A stretch of 64,000 bases of DNA from Kofleriaceae bacterium (lineage in GTDB: Bacteria; Myxococcota_A; Polyangia; Haliangiales; Haliangiaceae). Location: positions 1 through 64,000 of the forward strand of contig CBDCCZ010000021.1 in NCBI GenBank assembly GCA_965215005.1, read 5' to 3'. Position numbers and translations under genes: made by a program. Numbering within the stretch: position 1 is the first letter of the stretch; every line of letters begins with the position of its first letter. The notes below the pieces were generated by a model. That model was not told where the DNA came from. It saw only the letters and a list, made by a program, of their open reading frames with translations, and made no database searches. Shown piece by piece: positions 1-9,500 of this stretch.

Positions 1-1210
1 ATCCGTGCCGGCAAACCGCACGTCGGAGACGGAGCAGTCGTACTGAACGCCGGCGGTTGTCTGGGTCGAGATCGATGTCGCCCTCGAGACACGGATTGCC
101 GATGACGCGGGCGAGCTGGGTGGCGATCTGCGTGAGCGCGTCCGAGAGGTCGCTGTTGCAGATGGTGGTCGAGGTGCTGCGCTCGGGAAACTGATCCAGG
201 AAGGCTTGCAGGCGGACGGCAGGATCGGCCTCGCCGGATCCAGACATGCACGATGGATCCAGAGTGGGATCACCATTGTCCTTGCTGACCACGGCCACAG
301 GTATCGGATTGCCAATGATGCCGGAAACGATGATCTGCCTGGGGTCTTCCTTGAGGGTCTTGAGCGCGTCCACGTACTCTTGGACCGAGTACATGTACTG
401 CGAGTCCTGTCGGGGCATGCAGTTGGTGCGAGGGCCGGGCGCCCGTGGGTTCATATCGTTCTCGCACTCCACGCCGAACTCGAAGCAGCGGAACGAGTCG
501 ATGGGCCCGAGCCGATTGAGATCCGAGTTGTCGGTGCTGAACATCGACGGATCCTTCGTCGAGCAATCGTCTTCGTCAGTGATGATGATGACTGCGAGGA
601 ATGCGTCCTTTCGCAGGAAACCCTCGTTCTGCGGTGTAGAGGTGAGGGCGCGGCGCATCGCCTCGAGTGGCTGCTCGAAGCCGCAGCCGAGATTCGGGTT
701 TCGGGGATCGATAGGATTGTTCGATAGCGACGCGATGCACGAGAAGGTTTCCTCGAGCGAGCCAGTGTAGTTGGTAATGCGCTCTTCCCCTTCACCCGCG
801 ATATCTTTGATGAAGAGATCGGAAGGAGGCGAGCAGCCAGCGATGCGCGGCGTGGTCTGCAGCAGCCCGTTGTCGCCGTTGCCCTCGCAGTCTTCGATTC
901 CGTTGTTGCCGGCGCCGACGTCTGGCGAAATGACGCCGATGTGCACGTTGGGCAGGCCACCTTCAATGTTGTTGAGAATCCTGATGAAGCCGGGGAAGTT
1001 GGCGGCCAACGAGGCTTGCTCCTGGATCATCGAGCCCGAGTTGTCGACCACGAAGAGGATGTCGACGTCCCGGTTGAGCTGAACCGGGATCCGTTTGACC
1101 TCCTGCTTGGCAGGCGTGGGGTCAACTTCGGCGACCTCGCGCTGAGGACAGCCGGCGAGAAACCCGAACGCCGCGACACAATATAAGGAAGAACGGATCA
1201 ACCGACGCAT
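1..1210 (-). CDS. vWA-domain lipoprotein of the myxobacterial Cys-rich type; 3' end runs off the window; probable +1 frameshift near nt 57
   Basis: Not in the ORF track. Hand translation from ATG at 1210 (GGAGG RBS upstream) gives MRRLIRSSLYCVAAFGFLAGC (lipobox), DILFVVDNSGSM (MIDAS DxSxS), GCGFEQPLEA and IITDEDDCS. The last ~55 nt read sensibly only in the +1 frame (TAGVQYDCSVSDV). Confidence 0.85.
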   Translation of the reverse strand, partial: MRRLIRSSLYCVAAFGFLAGCPQREVAEVDPTPAKQEVKRIPVQLNRDVDILFVVDNSGSMIQEQASLAANFPGFIRILNNIEGGLPNVHIGVISPDVGAGNNGIEDCEGNGDNGLLQTTPRIAGCSPPSDLFIKDIAGEGEERITNYTGSLEETFSCIASLSNNPIDPRNPNLGCGFEQPLEAMRRALTSTPQNEGFLRKDAFLAVIIITDEDDCSTKDPSMFSTDNSDLNRLGPIDSFRCFEFGVECENDMNPRAPGPRTNCMPRQDSQYMYSVQEYVDALKTLKEDPRQIIVSGIIGNPIPVAVVSKDNGDPTLDPSCMSGSGEADPAVRLQAFLDQFPERSTSTTICNSDLSDALTQIATQLARVIGNPCLEGDIDLDPDNRRRSVRLLRLRRAVCRHG

Positions 1211-1365
1211 GGGAACGAGCCTCCTAGAGCTGCTGAGACGGAGATGTCGGCCCGCGCAAGGGCCACATGAGTACTATCGATCATCGAGTCGAGAAACGGT
1301 CTCGAAGAGTTCGAGCGCCGCGAACGCAACCTTACCCCGCTCGACGGCACTTCGCGAATCGCGAC

Positions 1366-1394
1366 ATCGTAGTGCAGAGCTGCTCCCTCGACAA
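1366..1394 (-). promoter_or_regulatory. Candidate sigma70-type promoter for the vWA lipoprotein gene
   Basis: TTGTCG-17 nt-TACGAT on the minus strand, about 155 nt upstream of the ATG. Confidence 0.35.
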
Positions 1395-1615
1395 GAGCAG
1401 CGTTGGAGGTCGGCACGGCTACCCAGGCGCCTAAGGGCTTCGGCGACGAACCGACAGAAATACATCAGCGATGCCTCGCTCTCTCCCTAGCCACCGCTCA
1501 CACCTCGCCGTGATTGCAGGGAAATCGCTTACATGGCTCGCAAGATACCGGCGTGATAACGTTTATTACGGCTTTGACGATCGTCCACGCGACCCCAGCA
1601 TCCTCGACTCCCGCG

Positions 1616-2976
1616 GTGGGAGAGCCCCTTCTGCAGCGCATCCTCGTCGTCGACCCCGACGTGACGCAGCGCCGCAACCTGCAGGTACTGCTCTCGCAGC
1701 ACGGCCGCCGCGTGGCCGCCGCCGAGACCGCCATGGCCGGGGCCGCGGAGCTCGGGCGGCAGGACTATGACGCGCTGTTCTGCGACCTCGCCGAGCTTCC
1801 CGAGCGCGCGCTGCCGCCGGTGGTCATCGTCACCGTTTCAGCGCGCGATCGCGACTGCGGGCTGCGCGCCGCCGCGCAAGGCGTGGCGTTCGACTGCTTG
1901 GTCAAGCCCATCGATGACGCGCAGCTAACGCTTGCGCTGTGCCGCGCCGAAAAACTCCTGCGAGCCCGCGAGCTCGCGCCCCCGCCCGTGGAGCCCCTTG
2001 CCGGCGCCGCCGACGCAACCCCCCGCGAGCTTTGCTGGGATGATCGGCGCCAGCGAGCCCATGTTGCGGGTATTCGAGACCATCGACAAGATCGCGCACC
2101 ACAAAGCCAACGTCCTCATCACCGGCGAGAGCGGCACCGGTAAAGAGCTCGTGGCGCGGGCGATTCACGATCGCGGTCCGCGCGCCGCGGCTCGCTTCGT
2201 GGCGGTCAACTGCGGCGCGATACCAGCCAATCTTCTCGAGTCGGAGCTCTTTGGCCATAAGCGTGGTGCTTTCACCGATGCGGTGCGGGACAAGGCGGGG
2301 CTCTTCGAGGAAGCCGACGGCGGCACGCTGTTTCTCGATGAGATCGGCGAGTTACCTATCGGCCTTCAAGTCAAGATCCTCCGGGCCATCCAGGAAGAAG
2401 AGATCCGCCGCATCGGCGACAACCACACCATCGACGTCGACGTACGTGTCATCACCGCCACCTTGCGCGATCTGGCGCAAGACGTGCGGGACGGGCGATT
2501 TCGCGAGGATCTCTACTACCGTCTCAACGTGCTGCCCATCGAGCTGCCGCCACTTCGAGAGCGCCGCCAAGACATCGGCGTGCTGATCGATTTCTTTCTC
2601 ACGCGGTACGCCGAAAAGCATGGCTCGCCAGTGGTTGCGCTGTCGCAGCAGGCGCGGCGCATGCTCGAGGACTACGACTGGCCGGGGAACATTCGCGAGC
2701 TCGAAAACACCATCGAGGCGCGCGATGGTGCTCAGCGAAGGCACGGTCATCGAGGCGCGGATCTTCGAGGACAAGCTGCAGCGCTCCGCGACCGATCCGG
2801 TTGCCGCGACCTTGGCCTCTGGCGAGCTATCGATCAAGAAGACGATGCGTCTCATCGAGCAGTCGCTGATTCGCCGCGCGCTCGTAGCCACCAACGGCAA
2901 TCGCACCAACGCCGCCAAGCTGTTGGAGATCAGCCACCGGGCTCTCCTATATAAGATCAAAGAATATGGGTTGTGA
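1616..2976 (+). CDS. pilR2: Sigma54-dependent response regulator (REC-AAA+-Fis HTH), PilR2-like by position; split by two +1 frameshifts
   Basis: REC motifs (ILVVD, FCDL, LVKP) lie in the 1514 frame; [19 protein letters not shown] and WPGNIREL in the 1932 frame; the HTH ([25 protein letters not shown]) in the 2620 frame. Removing one C at 2019-2024 and one G at 2717-2718 gives one continuous protein. It sits directly upstream of pilM, as pilR2 does in Myxococcus. GTG start at 1616 is inferred. Confidence 0.75.
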
Positions 2977-3068
2977 CGAGCAATCCCACGTTGGCTAGAT
3001 GTAAGTTGCATTAGTACGATTCGTGCGGGCATGACGAACAGGGGGCGGCGCATTGCGCCGGCGTGAGC

Positions 3069-4116
3069 ATGGCCAAGAGTTGCATAGGACTGGATATCGG
3101 CTCGAGCAGCGTCAAGGCGGTGCAGCTCAAGCGCAGCAAGCGCGGCGTGCAGCTGCAGGCCTTTGGCGTCGAGCCGCTCATGCCGCAGACGATCGTAGAC
3201 GGCACGATCATGGATCAGAGCGCCGTGGTCGATGCGATTCGCACCTTGTGGAGCAGGCTGCGACTCAAGCAGAAAGATGTCGCCATCGCGATCGCTGGGC
3301 ACTCGGTGATCATCAAGAAGATCAACCTGCCGGCAATGAGCGAAGACGAGCTTGCCGACCAGATTCAGGTCGAAGCGGAGCATCACATTCCGTTCGCCAG
3401 AGACGACGTCGAGATCGATTACGCGGTGGTCCGCAAGCAAAACGCCAGCGGTCAGATGGAGGTGGTTTTGGTGGCCGCCAAGAAAGAGGTGGTCGCCGAC
3501 TACACGCAAGTGGTGCGCGATGCGGCGCTCAATCCGGTGGTCGTCGATGTTGCCGCGTTCTCGTCACAGAACGCCTTTGAAGCCAACTATGAGCTCGAGG
3601 CCGGGGAGACGGCGGTCTTGATCGTGGTGGGCGCGGCGATCTCCAACATCAACATCGTGCGGGATGGGGAAAGCCTCTTTACCCGCGACGTCACGATTGG
3701 CGGCAACTCTTTCACCGAAGAGATTCAAAAGCAGCTCAACGTGGCTCAGGACGAGGCGGAAGCGTACAAAGTGGGCGGCTCGTTCGATGAGCAAGGCGTG
3801 GTCCCGCAGGAGGTCGAGCGCATCATCGAAGGCGTGGCCGAGACCATGGCGGGGAGAGTTTCAGCGCTCACTGGATTTCTTCCTGGCGACCGCCAGCGAC
3901 ACCAACGTTAGTCGAATCATGTTGGCGGGCGGCAGCGCCAAGATAGGCGCGCTGCATCGCGCCATCGAGCGTCGGTCGCGCCTGCCGGTCGAAGTCGTTG
4001 ATGCTTGGCGACGCATCCAGGTCGACCTCAAGCTGGACACGGGATATTTGCAAGCCCACTCGCCCGAGGCGTTGGTTGGCCTTGGCCTAGCCCTGCGGGC
4101 GCCAAACGACAAGTAG
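3069..4116 (+). CDS. pilM: Type IV pilus assembly actin-like protein PilM (one +1 frameshift at G4 3851-3854)
   Basis: IGLDIGSSSVKAVQL, VIIKKINLP and GGNSFTEEIQKQL; the C-terminus (EFQRSLDFF...LAGGSAKI...GLALR) continues in the 3664 frame. Confidence 0.93.
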
Positions 4117-4126
4117 AGCCACGCAC

Positions 4127-4762
4127 ATGATCAAGATTAACCTTCTGCCGCAACGGCGGTCACGCAAGGTCGACAAGGGCCAACAGTCGCTGATGCTGGG
4201 GCTGCTCATCGTCATTGCCGCGGGTGCGCTGCTGTTCTTCTTGGTGCACCGGCCCCTGCGCGGCGAGATTGAAGAGCTCGAGCGCACCAGCGCCAGATTG
4301 CGCGCCGACAACAGCCGTCTCGAGAAGAACGTCCAAGGCTTCGACGAGCTCGAGAAGGCAGTTCAGGCGGCCAAAGAGCGCTCGGGCTCGATCTTGACGC
4401 TGTCGAAGGCACGCGCGGTTCCCGCTCACATGTTGTGGGAGCTCTCGCAAATCCTCACCACCTCACGAGCACCGACGATGACCCAGCAGATGGCGGAGCG
4501 CGTCGAGCAAGACCCAAATCGCGAGCTCGCCAGCGACTGGGATCCCAAGCACGTATGGGTCACCTCGTTCACGGAAAAACAAGGTGAGTTCAAGCTCGAG
4601 GGCGGCGCGCAGTCCGATGGCGACATGACCCAGCTGGCCAAGCGGCTGCAGGCCTCGGTGTACTTCGACAACGTGATTCCCGAAGGCGGTATCGAGGCCT
4701 CGGACAAGAACAGCGGGATCACGTTCTATCGCTTCACCATTTCGGGACGGGTGGTGTACTGA
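4127..4762 (+). CDS. pilN: Type IV pilus alignment protein PilN
   Basis: MIKINLLP PilM-binding motif, one TM helix, coiled coil, ferredoxin-like C-terminus; position in the operon. Confidence 0.93.
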   Translation: MIKINLLPQRRSRKVDKGQQSLMLGLLIVIAAGALLFFLVHRPLRGEIEELERTSARLRADNSRLEKNVQGFDELEKAVQAAKERSGSILTLSKARAVPAHMLWELSQILTTSRAPTMTQQMAERVEQDPNRELASDWDPKHVWVTSFTEKQGEFKLEGGAQSDGDMTQLAKRLQASVYFDNVIPEGGIEASDKNSGITFYRFTISGRVVY

Positions 4763-5563
4763 TGGCCTCGGGGAGTAGCGATTTCGTCAAAGACCTAGCG
4801 CGCCGTCCGCCACGTCAGAAAGTGGCGATCTTGCTCGGTGTGCTGGGTTTGCTGGGGTTTCTATACTGGCAGTTCTTCTATTCGGGACTCACCGAAGAGC
4901 TCGACGGTGCCGTCGCGGAAAAGGCTTCGCTGGTCCAGAAGTTCGAGGAGTTGCAGCGCAAGCAAAAACAGATGCGCGCCTATGCAGAAGAGTACGAGCA
5001 GCTGCAGGCGACGATTCGCGCTAACGCGCGGGGCGCTGCCGACGGAGGCGGAATTGCCGGCCTTCTTTGATCATTTGCAGCGCAAGGCGGGTGAGGCCGG
5101 TGTGAATTTGCGCCGTTGGGATCGCAAAGCCGAAGAGCCCGTGGGGGAATACGTCAAAGTACCGGTGAGCATCGAGATGACCGGCACCTTCTACCAGCTG
5201 CTCCGGTACTTCTCGCTACTGTCTCCCAGCGGTGCAAGCAGTGCTGCAAACGAGCGTATCGTCTCGGTTGAGAACATCGAGCTGCGCGATCCAAAGATCG
5301 AGAACGACGCGGTGCTGCTTACGGCGCGCTTCACGGCGTCGACGTTCAGGCAAGACTCTGACGCGCCGGTGCCCGAGCTCGACAATGTGAGCGGCGGCAA
5401 AGTCGAGCAGGCAACGAAGCTGCGCGAGGAGCGCGTGGAGGCAGCGACGGGCGCAGGCGGCGATGAAGCCACTGCACCGGCTGGCACTCCGGCCAAAAAG
5501 CCCGTAAACCCCTCAGCGGCGGGCGCTGAGCGGCTCACGAATCCAACTCCGGAGGGCAACTGA
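4762..5563 (+). CDS. pilO: Type IV pilus alignment protein PilO (one +1 frameshift at G4 5030-5033)
   Basis: TM and coiled coil in the 4762 frame, then ALPTEAELPAFF...PVSIEMTGTFYQL...RIVSVENI...ASTFR in the 4838 frame. TGATG overlap with pilN. Confidence 0.9.
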
Positions 5564-5565
5564 AC

Positions 5566-6282
5566 ATGCGCGTGCCCACGTCAAGAGTTGCTGCATTGCT
5601 GATGATCGCCGTTGCGGCGATTCACCTCGGCGGCTGCGGTGAAGACGAGCCACCCGCCGAACCGACGACGAAGCCGGCCGCAAACAAGAAGCCAAACAAT
5701 CCTCAGAAGGGCGCAGGTGGCAAGAGCGCAGAGCTCTTCACGTACGTCAAGATCGAGGACAAAGTCGCAGAGGATGAAGCGGCGGCGATCCGCCATCGGT
5801 TCGTCGTCGGCGATTTCGCGCCGGATCCTACGGGCGGCGAACGTCGCGATCCGTTTCGTTCGTACGTGGTGGACGCGCCCGGCCTCTCGGGCTCGGTCGA
5901 AGCAGCGCCCATCCGAGGAACCGAGGTCTGCACCGCGGAAAACATGGTGGCCTCCAACTACTCGCTTCGCGATCTGCAACTGGCTGGCATCGTTTTACGC
6001 GGCACGCGCAGCTACGCGATGTTTACGGACACCGCCAACTTTGGCCACATCCTGCGGCGCGGCGACTGTCTCGGTAAAGAGAAGGCGCGCGTGGCGGTCA
6101 TCGGCGATGGCTTCGTAAAGCTGGAGCTCGTGCCCGATCCCGCGCCCGGGCAGCCAAGCGACGGTGCGACTACGGAGATAACCAGGCAGCTGCATCCCGA
6201 GGAGCTCGGTCTCGATGAAGCCATCGCGGATCCGCCCTCTGAGCCGGCTGAGCCAGCGGCGCCAACCCCGGCAGGTCCATGA
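5566..6282 (+). CDS. pilP: Type IV pilus lipoprotein PilP
   Basis: Lipobox LGGC, RRDPFRS motif, LQLAGIV...GHILRRGDCLGK; lies between pilO and pilQ. Confidence 0.9.
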   Translation: MRVPTSRVAALLMIAVAAIHLGGCGEDEPPAEPTTKPAANKKPNNPQKGAGGKSAELFTYVKIEDKVAEDEAAAIRHRFVVGDFAPDPTGGERRDPFRSYVVDAPGLSGSVEAAPIRGTEVCTAENMVASNYSLRDLQLAGIVLRGTRSYAMFTDTANFGHILRRGDCLGKEKARVAVIGDGFVKLELVPDPAPGQPSDGATTEITRQLHPEELGLDEAIADPPSEPAEPAAPTPAGP

Positions 6283-6523
6283 TTCGCACGGTCTGCGCTT
6301 CTATATGCGAGACGATTTCCTGGCCTCGATTCGACACCCATTCGAATTGAGCCAAGAAGGTTTGCGATCTGGCTGACTGCACGGCGATAATTTCAAGCTG
6401 AACGTGAGTGCCGGCGATCGTCGGGTCGTCGCTTAGGAGGTTGCTTCCGCTCACCGCGCGCCGTTGGGGAAAGGCGCGCTCCCGACGTTCCAGAGGGACG
6501 AGCCACGCTCCGAGGAGAGATGG

Positions 6524-9500
6524 ATGAATCGGAAGAGCAGACCGTCACGTCGACCGCGTTGCGCCTGGGGGGCGCTCGCCGCTGCGGTGATGGCCCTTGC
6601 AAGCGCACCATCGCTGGCAATCGCGCAAGACAACGTGATCCGCGCTATCGACTATCGCGACGACAGCGGGGGTACACAGGTACGGATTCGGGGCACCCAG
6701 ACGCCCACCTTTACTGTGTACAAGCTGGATCGCCCAGCGCGCATCGTGGTCGACATCGCCGGCGCAGCGATCGATATCGATGAGAAAGCCACCTATGACG
6801 TCAATAGCTGGGCGGTGGGGCAGGTTATCGCTCACGCCTCGAGCGGCTCGGGGCACTCAACCGTGCGGGTTACGGTGGGCATGGCGCGCCCGGGCTCCTA
6901 CAAAGTAAAAGCGAGCGGCAATGATCTCATCGTCACGGTCAAGCCGCGGGATCCGCCGCCAGAGACGGCATCGATCGGTGGTGACGTCGCCGCGGCCAAG
7001 GCTGACGCAACCGCTGCGCGCGCCGATGCGCAAGCGGCTCGCGCCACCGCCGAGGCGGCGCGTCGTCAAGCAGCCGCAGCGAACGCGACCGCAAGCTCGG
7101 TTCGTGCCGATGCGGAGCGAGCCGAAACACTGGCTGCTAGTAAAGCCGCTGCTGCGAAGCGAGCCGTAAGCGCAGCCAAGGCAGCGCAAGCGCGTTCGTC
7201 GGCAGACGCAAGCGCCGCGCGCGCCGATGCTGAAAAGGCAAAGCGCGAGGCGGCGGCAGCGCGAGCGGAAGCCGCGCGAATCAAGGCAGAAGCCGAGACG
7301 GCGCGTGCCGAGGCAGCTCGCATCAAGCGCGAGGCGGCGACTGCTCGTGACGAAGCGCAGCGTGCCAAGGCTCAGGCCGAGCAATCGCAGGCCGAAGCGA
7401 GCCGAGCGCGCAATCAGGCGCAGGCGCAGATCGCACAGGTACAACGAGAGCTCGAGCAAACGCGCACCAAGGCCTCTCTACGGGTCGCCGCGGCCGACAA
7501 TGCGCTTCTCGAGGCGAAAACGCTGATGGATTCGGCCAAGGCAACCCTCGCGCGCGCCGAAGCCGAGAAGCAGGGGGCGCAGAAGGCGCAGTCTGCGGCC
7601 GAAGCGGCGAGCGGCGCCGCGGCGGAGCGTGAGCGAGCGGCCGCAAAGGCGCAGACGCAAGCGGAGACGACGGCACAGGCGGCCAATCAGGCGCTTGCCG
7701 AGGCGAGTCGCGCGCGTCGAGCGGCGGCGAGCGCCGATGCCAGTGATCGCGTCGCGGCAGAAAATCATGCCGCCAAGCTCATGGCTGCAGCCGAGGCCAA
7801 GCAGCGGGTCGCGGAGCGCGCCGCTCGCGAAGCCAACGTGCAACGCGCTGAGGCGGAGAAGGCGGCGGCAGAAGCGCTCGCACGTCGCAGCACCGCCGAA
7901 GAGGCGGCGCGGCTCGCCGAGAATCGCGCTGCGCAGGCGCGTGAGCGTAAAGCAGATGCCGAGCGCGCGGGCAGCCGAGCCGATCAGCAGCGGCAGCTCG
8001 CGGAGGACCGTGCAGCGGCAGCAGAGCGGGCGGCGGCGGAGGCCGATGCGCGCGCCGCGCGCGCCAAAGCGCTTCGCGAGCGCGAAGAAGCGGCGTATGC
8101 ACAGGTTCAGCAGGCCGGGGCCGAAGCGGAGCGGCGACGGACGGCATTGGCTAGCGCGGTGGCAGCGCTCGAAGCCTCACAGCGCGATGCCGAGCGCGCG
8201 GCCGCAGAAGCCGCGCTTCGCCGCGATGCAGCCGAAGCGGCCGCCATCGCCGCTCGCGACGCCAAAGCGGCGAAGCGTTCGCAGCAGGAAATCAGCCAAG
8301 CGCGCGCAGAAGCGCAGCGTCTCAGTCGCGAGCGCGATCAGGCGGAAAAGGCAGTGGCGCGCGCCAAGCAGCAGGTGGTGAGCCAGCAAGTCGATGTGTC
8401 GCGGCTCGCGCAGCGGCGCGAGCGAGCGGCGAGTGAGCTTGCTGCTCTCGATGCAGCGGCCGCCGAAGCGCGCCAGCGGCGTGAGGGCGAGGAAACCGCG
8501 TTGGCGGCGCTGGCCGAGCGGCGTCGACAGGAAGAGCTCGAGCTCGCCAAAGCGCAGAGTCAGCTCGAGCAGGCGCGGGCGGCGCGGGAAGCGGCTGAGA
8601 CGGCGGCGGCGGAGGCCGCGCGGGTGGCGCGCTCGGAACTGGCAAAGGCTGCCGAAGCACGGCAAGCGCGAGCTTCGCAGGAGGCAGCGGCGCGTGACGC
8701 GGCGGAAAAGATGGCCGCGGCAACGCGCGCGCGTGCCTCCGAAGAGAAGGCTGCGCGCGCAGCGGCCGAGGCGCGTGTGGCAGAAGAAGAGGCGGCGCGT
8801 CTTGCGGCCAAAGAACGAGCCTCGGCCGAAGCGGCAGCAACGCTAGCGAAGAGCCGGGCGAGCAGCGAGGAGCAGGCGGCGCGTCTTGCGGCTGAAAATC
8901 GAGCCACGGCAGAAGCGGCGGCGAAGCTAGCGAAGAGTCGAGCGAGCAGTGAGGAGCAAGCGGCGCGTCTTGCGGCTGAAAATCGAGCCACGGCAGAAGC
9001 GGCAGCGAAGTTGGCAAAGGGCCGGGCGAGCAGCGAAGAGCAGGCGGCGCGTCTTGCGGCTGAAAATCGAGCCTCGGCAGAAGCGGCGGCGAAGCTAGCG
9101 AAGAGCCGGGCGAGCAGTGAGGAGCAGGCGGCGCGTCTTGCGGCTGAAAATCGAGCCACGGCAGAAGCGGCAGCGAAGTTGGCAAAGAGCCGGGCGAGCA
9201 GCGAAGAGCAGGCGGCGCGTCTTGCGGCTGAAAATCGAGCCTCGGCCGAGGCGGCGGCGAAGCTAGCGAAGAGGTCCGCTCGTGCGGCAGAGGCCTCAGC
9301 AGCGCCGCGTCGTCCCGTCGAGGTAGCGACAACCACTCCGGTGGCGCTGGTTGCCGACGCACCGGCTCGCGTGCGGGGCGTGACGTTTGCCGACGACGCC
9401 GAGAAGGCGCGGGTCGTGCTGAAGGTCGATGGCGCCGCAGAGCCCAAGATCGTCACCCGTCGCGGCCGAAAGGTGGTGCTCGAGGTCGATGCGGCCACGC

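Noticed and set aside
2019..5033. Phase variation or programmed frameshifting in pil genes
   Set aside because: The runs are only 2-6 nt, all shifts are +1, and they cluster by position across different genes, which fits sequencing error better.
8849..9268. Regular direct repeats as a possible CRISPR array
   Set aside because: No unique spacers, the units are in-frame coding, and no cas genes are present.
8322..9498. Long repetitive minus-strand ORFs (346 aa, 312 aa)
   Set aside because: Antisense shadows of the pilQ repeat region.
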